From Eutreptiella sp. 'Long Island Sound 2002' (taxonomy: Eukaryota; Protista; Euglenida): a stretch of DNA of 64,000 bases. The notes under the pieces are model-generated. The model was not told where the DNA came from and made no database searches. It saw only the letters and a list, made by a program, of their open reading frames with translations. Below, piece by piece: positions 23,291 to 33,830 of the stretch. The stretch covers positions 30,814,001-30,878,000 of the forward strand of contig OZ038379.1 of NCBI GenBank assembly GCA_964036045.1, written 5' to 3'. Position 1 is the stretch's first letter; each line of letters begins with the position of its first letter. Made by a program: the position numbers and the translations under genes.

Positions 23291-24074
23291 ATGCCCTGCA
23301 TCGCCATAATGGCCCTCCTCCTACTCCTGGCCCCCACGCATACTGAGGGGCCGGTATATCTACTCCCCGTGAACCAGAGAGTCCGCAGACGATATACCCC
23401 GCCGTTACGGCACCGGCACGGTTACGCACGGGGCCCCAACCCCCATAGTTACCGTATATGGCAGCCAGGCCTACTCCTCCTCTATATCGTCTGTTTCTTC
23501 CACACCCCGACCGCCCCAATCACGGCAGCGCCATGCCGCTACCATGCACCTGTCACGATCACCACGGTAACCAGCCCATATAACACGCGGTATAACACCA
23601 ACTGGGTCCTCCAATGCGGAGATGTGCACCCCAACCCCGGGCACCGTAGGATATATCAGCTCCGGCGGGGATGCCGGGATGTGCGGGGACCCCCCATACC
23701 GTTGCTTGACATTGAGGAGTATGCTCAACACCTGGTGGTCAACACAAATCGACGGTATGACAGTCTAGACGACGCAACCACCGCGAAGGACCACGACATG
23801 AAACTGGCTTCCTGGAACATACAAGGAGCACAGGGATCCGTCAGCCTACAACGATGGGCCAATACCCTCCACCTAATCAGCCAGTGCCGTATCGACCTAT
23901 GCGGCATCCAGGAGTATCACCCAGGTTTCCCTAAACCAGAGGCAGCCACAACAGCACTCAACAACGACTACAAGTGCTACGCTGCGCCTGGGAACGAACC
24001 ACGGATAGCTTTCATTGTCCGCAACGCTGTGGTCCCCCACATACTCGAAACGTTATACTCACCCAACGGTTTGG
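23291..24074 (+). CDS. LINE ORF2 N-terminus: hydrophobic leader, 2A-like motif, AP endonuclease (truncated at the TSD)
   Basis: MPCIAIMALLLLLAP...; LQCGDVHPNPGH (23612-23644); MKLASWNIQG...IDLCGIQE...RIAFIVRN matches APE motifs WN-x-x-G and x-QE. The supplied ORF beyond 24074 is read-through into the flank. Confidence 0.85.
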
Positions 24075-24979
24075 CAGTGGCAACGCTGGTGTTCTCAAGT
24101 CCGGTGCTGCGGGGCCGCGTCTCGGTGGCGCCCCTGTGGAGTTGTCTTTTCCATCTGACAGCTGGAGTGTGTGGGCTATCCACTGACATGCTGCATGGCG
24201 ACATAGCTCTCTGCTTGGCAAGATGGTGCTGCATTGGTACCATTGGACTTACGCGTGCCCTGCTCTGAGGGTTTGGCCTCGGCCGACCCGGAATGCGCCA
24301 TGCCTTTGGTGGCCATCGACTCCATGGAACGCCCTGCGAAGTTGTGCAACAAAGCGTGAACCCTTGGTGACCAAACCGGGACAAGCCCCCATCTGGGGGG
24401 CTCTGATCCGATTGGAATGGCTCCGTACCGAATCACCGCAGCTGGTCTCTTTGGCTAGACGCCGCTGGTCAACAGTGCAAATGCAGCTAAGGGAAATCGG
24501 CAAACTGGTTGTGTAACTTCGGAAGATGCGGTGGCTCCAAGGGCCAAGGTGTCAGGCCTGCCCGTTGGGATTGCACGGAACCCTCCGGGGCTTGGTTGTC
24601 CTGTGCTAGGGCTGGCTTCCCAGCCGTCCTCTGGCCGTGGGCGTCCAGGCCCCACCTCAGCCGAAGGCCGCTTCTCCAGCGGGCGTGATCCTTGTGCCTC
24701 GGAACGGCCAAGCACGCCCCGCCGCGGCTCTTGGGTGGGAGCTTTGGGTGTGCAAAGAAGAGAGGCTGTGCCTTCGGGTATTTTGGGGTTTGTAGCCCCC
24801 CCCCCCCCCCCCCCGGGTCGGATCCTCACCAGGAACAGCCACTATGGCTCATCCTGCACTCCTGGAAGACTGTCTAACTGCGACTCCAGGTAATCATGGA
24901 GATTATGAGACAAATCACATAAACGCCGGGGGTCCGTAGTTGTTTGAAAAGGCCACCTGTTTTGCCTCTTTCGCCATGT

Positions 24980-25128
24980 GTGCACGCAATCCTTTCAACA
25001 AACGATTTGCAGTCTCAACAAGAATTTGGGGCACAACAGTGCATGCAATCCTTTCAACAAACGATTTGCAGTCTCAACAAGAATATGGGACACAACAGTG
25101 TATGCAATCCTTTCAACAAACGATTTGT
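24980..25128 (+). repeat. 59-bp tandem repeat, ~2.5 copies
   Basis: cctttcaacaaacgatttg at 24991, 25050 and 25109. Confidence 0.9.
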
Positions 25129-25479
25129 AGTTGTTGCTGGTGCTGTTGGAGTCTGTGTCTCTACATGATCGCCTGCCACCTCCTTTCAGGCCTACGAGGC
25201 GCAACGTCAGGTGGGTGCGGCCGTGTCTGGTTGTCGGGGTCGGGTCGTCGTCTCTGAGTGGCCGTCCTTGGTGGTACAGCCATTGGAGATGCGGTGGGGG
25301 GAGTGGGTGCGGTGTGTGGTGGTGGAGGGCATTTTTGATGCCCTTGACTGTCCTGGTTGCCGGGAGGCAGACCGGGGTCCGGCGCCGCTCACGGTCACCG
25401 ACCTATGACACCGCGCAGGGTGTGTTGGGAGCGGGGGGGGGGGGGGATAGGATGCGCTGGCACCGTGATAAGGCGGTCC

Positions 25480-25745
25480 GTATGGGTTGACAAGCCCTAT
25501 TGGGCGTTCGACGCTGGGTGTCCGCCCAGCCGTTGGTATGGTCCATTTATTGAGTCGGGTGTTGTGTAGAAGGTCGTGTAGTCCGGGTGTTGCCATGAAC
25601 GGGTTGTTCCAAATGGGTTGACAAAACCGATTTGGCGTTCAACGCTAGGTGTACGCCTAGCTGTTGGTATGGTCCATTTTTTTGTCAGGTTTTGTGTAGA
25701 GAGTTGTGTAGTCCGAAGTGTTGCCATGGACGGGGAGCAGGGCTC
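25480..25745 (+). repeat. ~130-bp imperfect tandem duplication
   Basis: atgggttgacaa...ggcgttc...gttggtatggtccattt...gtgtagtccg...gttgccatg occurs twice. Confidence 0.8.
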
Positions 25746-28177
25746 CACACCGTCGTCAGGGGGCAGTTTTCAGGTGGGGAGCAGCGCTCCGCTCCACCGT
25801 AAGTTATTTTGCGGTCGTCTGTTGAGTTTTCGTGTGGAGTCACTTTTGTATTGTTGGTTGGTGGGGAGCAAGGCTCCACTCCACCGTTGTGTTTTGTGTT
25901 ATATGTCGGCAGATATAGCGCCATCGTCAGCACAAGTGTCGCAACTTCCCTCCATACGACCATCGGGTTGTAGCCTACGGTTGATGGGTGTACATACCTT
26001 GCCCATCGGCTGCCGTTCTCAGTCTCGCAAAGGTCTTGAAGTTGTCCTGGGCTGACGGTCGTATGAGCAGGGCCTCCAGTTGCTTGATCGGCGTTGGGGT
26101 TGCTGTAGACATTTTGCAACCCACCAGGTGGCAACTCATTCAATCCTCGGAGTACTGGATCATGTGGTGTGGAAAGAAAGCTTTGAGGCCCACCGAAGAA
26201 TTTTTTCCGGCCAATATGGCATGGAGTAAAATTGCATACGCCCCCTATGTGTGTGTAGTCAACATGCTCCCCTCGCATTGGGGTATTCAAGAGTAGTGCA
26301 TAGTATGCTTAGTTGCAGCCATTTCAATTACTCCGCACTCTTTGAATAGGGGCGATGGGTGAGCCATACTACATGGGCTGTATACCAGAGTGCCCCCTCC
26401 CCCCCACCCATACCCCTTGGGAACCCCCCGACCCCCCGTGGATGCGGCACACACAGCCGAGTTTAGGGATGGGAATGAGGCTTCATTTATATGAGGGGGG
26501 GTATCTTGCACATAACCCACCCACCCAACTTTGGACCCACCCGACCGACTTTTAACCGACCGAGATCCCCCCCCCCCCTTTTATATTTCTGTGAGGAGAA
26601 TTTTTTGTGAAGTAAATTGAAGCCAAAGGCGCTCTTCCGGGTTAGGCATCTCCAAAGGGTGACACACCAAAAACTTCACAAAACCAGGGTTTGAACAAAG
26701 GATATTGGGAACTGTAGTGAAAATCCCTGACAAATGGGCTACCAACTAGCTTTGACAGCATTGTGCAACAAAGGGTCACATGTTTAACATCTAATCAAAA
26801 AAAAATGTGCCATGTCAAAAATTGCAACGTGCACACCTGCCACCTGCACAACCACAAAGCAGAAAGGGGCATCAGCAAACAGCCAAACAAGGCTCTTGTG
26901 ACCGAAGAAAGAAGGTATGGCAGGAGCCCTACCCAGGGTACCCTCGGAATTATAAAGGGGGGGGGGTCCAAAGCTTTAGACCCACCGACCCGGCTCAAGA
27001 CCCACCGAGCGAGCCCCCCCCCCATGGCAACTAAATTCTTATAAACAAAGCCTGATGCGAATGGGGAGCAGAAAACAAAGCCCTTTTTTGCCCTAAACTG
27101 CCCAACAACGGCCACAGCGAGGGAAACTGGGGGCTACACTGCACATGTGGCTTGACTTTGTTGTGTCAAAGAGCCCTCTAGGGCCCTCTAATTCAATGAT
27201 ATCGCCAAACATCCCCCCCAAAAAACCCAGAATTTGAGGACACTAGTTGCTTCAAACCAAGAACAAGCCATATTTTGGGCTACGTGGTCCAAAAATATTG
27301 GGGGGGGGGGGGGGCCTAGCAACAGGCCATACGCCGACTCCTTCCCACTTTTGGACCACTTTCAGGGTGGTGGGGGGGGCCATGAGGCAACGGATACTGG
27401 GCTCGCATACGCCCCCGTGTCACAGGCGCATGGTCATCACCACACAGTTCAGTGTTTTGCCTTGCTGCACTGCAGCGCAGACCAGTTAGGTACCACTTCA
27501 GGTGGCTGCTGATTGTGCTTTGGTCTTGGCCATCTGTACATTTGGGTCAGCTCGCACCCACCACCCTCCCACAGTGCCGGTTAGTCTCTAACCCTTGCTC
27601 TGCGGGTCTGCTGCGACCTCTTGCTCTCTGGCACGTAAAGACGTGTCATGTTCGAACTCTGAGGGCGCAAAGGCGTCCCGACGTTTCACTATCACTGGTG
27701 GGGGGGGAGGGGGGGTGGGTGGGTTTGGGGTGGTCTGGGCTCAACCGGGAGAGGGGGGGGGGGGCTCCCGGACCCCAATATATGTGGCTTAAAATGACCG
27801 CCTCATTGTGCTGATCACTTTGAGGTATGTGTGTTGGGGTAAAAAAATTGAAACAGGAGGGGGGGGGGGGGGGGCAGGTAGGTGGTACTTTTGTTTAAAG
27901 GCATAGCACCCCCAAGTCAATTCTCGGCCACTATTGCTATTGCAAAGGGGCCGGAATCAGAAGTGGCTACGCCAACCCTGCCTTCTCGGGGGCCCAACAG
28001 TGGGCGGAACTGTGACATGATCCCTGCGTTCTCGTGGGTCCCCTACAATGGTGACAAAATCAGAAGTGGCTAAGTAACCCCTACCTTGGAAAAGTCGATT
28101 CATGATGAGGCATCGGACAAAAAGAGAAAAGACAAGTCCGGCCCCATACCACCCCTATCCCCTAAAGGCTGACTTTT

Positions 28178-28248
28178 GCCAGCACCAGCATTTGAACCCA
28201 TTACTCTCCAATTGCACGTGCAGCGTTCCACCAACTAGGGTAGTGGCC
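28178..28248 (-). pseudogene. second tRNA-Cys-like copy in the same repeat family as 1457-1528
   Basis: GCCACTA CC CTAGTTGGTGGAACG...GT-GCA-AT...ATGGGTTCAAATGCTGG TGCTGGC A. The shared flank (gagtatagacacatg.ggtgaaaac...ggcgcctt) matches 1530-1770. Confidence 0.45.
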
Positions 28249-31200
28249 ATCTGTGGAAAATGGTGCTCAGAGATGGGACACTGATTTTGGGCTAACTCAA
28301 AGAGTGCTAGTTTTTGTCCACTTTTGAATTCTCCTAAAAATTCTGAATATATGGAGTATAGACACATGGGGTGAAAACACATTTTTTTACCCTTTGCCAC
28401 ATCAAGCAAAATTTGCTTATGGCGCCTTTGGTCCAACACTTTCCTCCCAATTTCCAGGGAGATGGGGGGGGGGGTCGGCGTCAAGGGCCCGGTGACGCCC
28501 CCCCCCTCCGTGTTCAAAATGCGATTGTGAGAGCACCAAACCCACTTGCAACCACCCACTTTTGGTTGTTTCAACCCCTCATAATTGTTCAAACAGACAC
28601 CCAAAGCCCCGTACCTGGGCCCACTAGGCTACAGCAAGCTGCGAGCTTGATCTGAAAAGAAGTGGTAGGTACCAAAACGTGTCAACAAGCTCCACCGGGT
28701 GCAAAAAAAGACTTTCTGCAAAAATTATCCTTGACCAAGTGGGATGCCAAAACAAGTGTTTTTGGAACGTGTTGAGCCTGTGGTGGCCTGTTTTGACCCT
28801 TCAAAAATCCAAAAATGCCTTGAAAATGGGCTGTTTTGTGACGAAAATTGGACCACAAATGGGTCAAAAATGGGTCACACCAAAACCAAAAAAATCTTTT
28901 TTTTTCACGCCAGGGTCGGGCTAGAGGTAGTCATCTGCGGGTTACACAAATGCTTTCGCCTCTTTTGCATGGCACAATGCGGTAGTAGGGGCTGTGTGTC
29001 TCTTGTTTTGCCCACTTTTGCTGATCAATATTGTGATACTTGCCTCTCGCTTAACCGCGATCCCATTAATCACCACCAACGTTTGTCACTCTCCAAATCT
29101 TTAGTATCCATAGTATGTGGTGTGCCTTTCCAGTTCACCGGGATCCAACTATGAACTCCAAAGTCTCAAACTTTCATCGATTGTGCATTTCACTACCATA
29201 TAGTTAAAACCGCAATCAAACTGTATAGCTCCCACCAACTTTCTTGCGCTTTCAGCTATTGCGTGCGTGCCCCACTTCCCCACCAGCTCGGTCCCGATAT
29301 TCGGTCGTGCTTAGGCGGTGGATAGTTTGGCATCCTTTGAGCAAAGCGCCCTTCTCACATACGAAGAGAATGCAAGTGAAATCAGCCGTGTAAGCCCGCC
29401 TTGATGATTTGAGGCACCCATTTGTGATTGAGAAGACCACTACTACCACAGTGGTGTGTTCTGGGGTAAAAGTGTGTTTCTCACCACTCTACGTGATTGT
29501 ACCCAAATACATATCGTGATAATGGGTTTGTCTTGGGAATATATTCATTCTTGGGGAGTTGGTTGCTTGAGCACACCATGGTGTTTAAGGCACATGGCGC
29601 GGGACGCTTTGGGTAACTGGGGCCATTTTGTACCCCGAAACCCAGAAATGAAAACAGTTTGACATGAGCATGGTCCATGGTTGCACCTGACCAGTGCTTT
29701 ATAGCACACAGGCTACTGCACTGGAAGTGCACTTTGGCACCTCAACGCCTGTCTTTTAATGTGAATGTGTTGGTTGTGTGAACTCTTTGGGGGGGGGGGG
29801 GGTTTGCTTCACATTCTCTATCTTTCCATTCTGAGTCAAGTAGAGGAGAGAAAAGAGAGCTGAACGTTGGGCCTCAAGGATACCTCGCCACAGGATGGTT
29901 GCGGACTTCATCTTGCCGACAGTGCTAGAAACCCTATGGCAACCCTCCCATCCAACAAGGCATGGCAGATAATGCACCGATGCAGGGCATGACAGCTTGC
30001 ACATCCACACAGGGCCTGGCAGCAATTGCACAAAGCCCATGGAAACCAACATAGTGCATGGCACCCCTGCCATCCACACCGGGCATAGCACCCACACTGC
30101 GGACAGCAGCCAACAACACCGCAGAATTCCAGAGTGGTGGGGATGCAGTTTTCAGACAGGACCTTTTGGGATGAGTTAGAATTGGGAGTGGAAGTAGCCC
30201 AACAGTCATTTAATCACTACGCAATGTGCTTTTGTGGACATGTCACAGGTTTTCATCTTCCCATACAGATGCTCTATGGATACTGCCCTGGAAAGGACTG
30301 TGTTTCTCTGTGTGGGTGTAAGGGCTACTAGGCTCTCTCTGATCGGGTGTTGTTTCGAAAAAGGGCATTTTTGACCCATGAAAATGGCTGATTTCGAGTC
30401 TGTGTGGGGAGCCAAATGCATGAATTTCGCTGTAAATGTGCCATGATCTGGTGCTGTTGTACAACCCACACTTGACCCTCAGGCCTGCAATAGCATTTTG
30501 CACTGAGAGCAGACCAACTTTGCGACCTCCCTGCTTGCCAATCACCTACCTGCGTCCCAATGCAAAGCAATGCGCAAACAAAAACCAAGTCCCGGGGTCA
30601 TTGCATGCATGTCCTTCGATGAGAGGAGCCTCTGCTTCTACTGGGCCTTGGCAGTCGTAGTTTACAAGGCTAGCCCCATCGGCATTCAGGCAAGACACCA
30701 CTACATCTCCACACCAAGGCCTCCCACATGAGCAACCCCTGTGATGGGCAAAACGAGCTTTAGACAAAACATAACACAGAAAGCCTATATCACAGCTCCA
30801 TGGCACTGGACAACCAAGACAGGTCGAGCTTATCAATTTGCAGCCTGGCCCATGTGTGTTATACCGGTCCTCAGCCCTTGGCCATCCCTGCATATTGATC
30901 ACTGTAACCAGGGCATTTTTAACCATTACTCACCATTCAAAGTGGTCCACCACCCAACATTTCATTCACAATGGAATGTTTCCTTTCAAGAACTATGCAG
31001 TATTGCATCAGCCCCCCAGTGTTTACGTCCAATAGATAGAGGCAAAATGATCCTGAACTCTTGGTGTGGAACCCTGTGAGAGAACAGCAACGTATTGACT
31101 CACCGAGCGAATGGCGATCCTGAACCCAACAAACACTGACCCTGACATAATGCTCTGTAGCCGGTCCTTGAAAAGAAAAAAATAGTGAGTGACTCAGGAG

Positions 31201-31317
31201 CACCCTGCTCTTTACAAGTGATCACAACGTGCTGGAGGTCTACGCCTCCACTCAATGCTGCGCTGTCAAATCAGGGCTCTTTCACAGACCGAATCACCAC
31301 ATAATCGCCCGACTCCC

Positions 31318-31860
31318 TTAGTTTGTCGACTTCAACGCCGCGTCGAGAGGCTCGTAGATCTCCAGCGCAATCTCGCCCTGCACTCTAGTCATCTCGTCGC
31401 TGCTTGCAGCCTGCGCACGGGCCTCGTCCATGGCAGCGGCCAACTTCTTGTCATCGAACTCCTCCAGAGAGACAGCCTCCACAGTGTTGATGTCAACCAC
31501 TCCATTGTCATTGATATGTGCAAATCCACCAGAGATTGCATACTTCTCTTTCTTGTCCCCCTCGTACTCCAGCTCAAGAACACCGGGGGCCAGCTGCTCA
31601 ATGGCATACTCGTGGCCTGCCATGATGCCCATTTCCCCTTCCTGCGTACGGATTGTGATTGCTACGACGGGCTCTTGCTTCAGCAGAAACTCGTCCTGGC
31701 GTGTGAGTGTCAAGCTGATCTGCGCCGGGATGTTCCCATCTCCAAATGAGTCGTCAGGTCCTTTGAAAAAACGGAATGCATTCTCAGGGAAAAGCTTGCG
31801 GCCCTCCATTTGCTGCATGACGCGCGATGCCGAGAACATAAGGGCCCGAGTGCTACGCAT
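31318..31860 (-). CDS. ATP5F1D: mitochondrial F1-ATP synthase subunit delta (ATP16/delta family), 180 aa, intronless
   Basis: MRSTRALMFSASRVMQQ (presequence-like); LTLTRQDEFLL, GEMGIMAGH and YAISGGFAHIN match F1 delta/bacterial epsilon, and LTLTRQDEFLL matches my recollection of the trypanosomatid orthologue. ATG 31860, TAA 31318-31320. Confidence 0.93.
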   Translation of the reverse strand: MRSTRALMFSASRVMQQMEGRKLFPENAFRFFKGPDDSFGDGNIPAQISLTLTRQDEFLLKQEPVVAITIRTQEGEMGIMAGHEYAIEQLAPGVLELEYEGDKKEKYAISGGFAHINDNGVVDINTVEAVSLEEFDDKKLAAAMDEARAQAASSDEMTRVQGEIALEIYEPLDAALKSTN

Positions 31861-31892
31861 CGTAACGGTTAGAAAACAACCCAAACGGTCCA

Positions 31893-31912
31893 CTGTGAAG
31901 AGACAAATGTAA
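31893..31912 (-). promoter_or_regulatory. candidate trans-splice (or cis) acceptor upstream of ATP synthase delta
   Basis: Pyrimidine tract catttgtctcttcacAG ends at 31893, 32 nt upstream of the ATG. Confidence 0.5.
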
Positions 31913-33475
31913 CGCACGGTACACATATGTGACCCAGAGTGCAAAGCCGGGGGGGGGGGGGATCGCTTGAGTTCTGGACACAGGACCTTACAGTGTGGGC
32001 AGGGGGGGGGTGTCCAGAGGGGGGGGGGGGGGGTTGGAGTGTGTGGGGGTCAATTTTTTTGGGTTTTGGAAGCATTATTGAATTCCCTATTTCATTCTGA
32101 GCATTTTGCATATACACAAGTGGGGTGAAGTCTTCTTTTCCCAAATGAAAAATAGTAGGGTATTCTAGCAGACAGACAACTGAACTAGTAAAGGCACTCC
32201 AGCAAGCAACAATGCAAGACAAGGGCAACATCCACAGCAGCAATTTGATGCATGGTGTTCATCCCATTTACTTGCATGCAATCCTTCCTCCGCTCCTCTG
32301 TCCTTCAATCTGCACACATACATATATAAATACGTGCACATATGTGTATGAACAACTTAATGAGGCCGGGTGATACGGGAGCCCACAGCATACTCATCAC
32401 AGCTGCACTTGGGCTTGGGACAATCCTTGCAGTGGGTTAGGCTATACCTTGCCATTGCCTACTCCCTTGATTGAACATCCTTAGCCCATGCCTTAGCTTG
32501 GGCACTGACTTCCTTGGGGCAGGGTTTGCTACGCAATGGAGCTCAAGCTTTAAACAAAGTGGCGAAAGGCCATTTGACCACTCGTTGTTCATTTTCTTGT
32601 AAATTTTTGTTTTTTCCCCTAGTTTTTTCATAAATTGTTTACAAAAATGGACACTTTTCTTGATTCTCGTCTAGCCTGTTCGGATCCTTCCGTGGCAAAT
32701 TCATGGGAAACAATTTCTTGCATGCCATGGTGCTATTTATCTGTGTAGATTTTCTGTGGATATGTGTTTGGTGCTTATTTTTGCTTCCTTCTTGACATCA
32801 CTGTTTTGTTTTGGGAAAAGTCTGATTGCATGCAGCTTATTTTAGGATGGTTTTTGTTGATCGCTGTTTATTTGTAGGACATTGTCCAAAGAGCCTTGTA
32901 TATTTTTTTGGAGGCTACTTTCATGGTCTGATGTTGTTTGCATGTTGCTGTTTATTTTTGGCACATTTTTGTACCGTTCATGAACTGGCCGTTTGAATGG
33001 GCGATTCACGCTTTTCATGTTTTGTTCACTACTTGGTGCCATTGTACCCGTTTGTACTCCTGTTTTCGTAGGAACACGAAGAATTGCAACACCTACACGC
33101 CCGTGAAAACGCCACAGATAACGGACACAACGGCACCACATGGTGAGCAATCATTATGAAAAATCAAGGACCAAGGGGGAATCTTTGCACTGCGCGCGCA
33201 CTGCGCGCTACTTTTAGACTATGTTCCCCCGGAAGAGCCCCCAAGCACACCCCTTGGAAACGCCCTTAGAATTAGGTGACCCAAACTGCCCCAGCTCAAG
33301 AAAGTTGCAAACCACCTTCCCTGAACATAACACACATCATGCACATCTGGAAAGGCCATGAACAGCGCATTGGTCGCCACCCTCAAGAACACACAACTGT
33401 CTTTCTGGTCCATTGTCAACTAAGTACACATTGAGAATACGCAACTTGTGTGCACAACATGACACAGTTGCAGAA

Positions 33476-33830
33476 TCAAAGAAATGTCACACTGTCACAT
33501 GTGTGCGTGTCAATGCAATCCGTACAATATTGCAATTCACACTTGTCACACATGGACATCTTTTCAGGGTCAAACTTGGTGCAACAAAGGGCACAAACAT
33601 CCCCATCATCACCCACAACATCCTCATCATCATTGTCCTCCTGTGTAGGTGCAGTCCATACATGTGCAGGTACGTGTTCCCATGGACCATATGGAGGGTA
33701 CCGTACCTGTCTTCGAATCAAAAATTGCTGCAAATGCAAGAGTACACGCACGTACTCATGCAACTCCGTACCGGATCCCCTCCATATGTTCCTTACGATG
33801 CCCCAGTGCCACATGCGTGCAAACAAGTGC
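33476..33830 (-). pseudogene. relic ORF ending in a PHD-like Cys cluster, interrupted by a family A insertion
   Basis: EDNDDEDVVGDDGDVCALCCTKFDPEKMSMCDKCELQYCTDCIDTHTC: acidic linker plus C/H spacing typical of transposase C-terminal zinc fingers. Confidence 0.4.

Larger units (their letters stand above)
21687..24074. mobile_element. APE-type non-LTR retrotransposon insertion with inverted poly(A) tail
   Basis: TSD CAGTGGCAACGCTGGTG at 21670-21686 and 24075-24091; T21 at 21687-21707; plus-strand ORF1 and truncated ORF2 inside. Confidence 0.9.

Noticed and set aside
24075-24268. C-terminal part of the supplied 331-aa ORF2
   Set aside because: It lies beyond the right TSD and is read-through into the flanking target DNA.
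24980-25128. Regularly spaced repeats as a CRISPR-like array (also 44595-44860)
   Set aside because: The whole unit repeats, with no unique spacers, no cas genes and a eukaryotic context.
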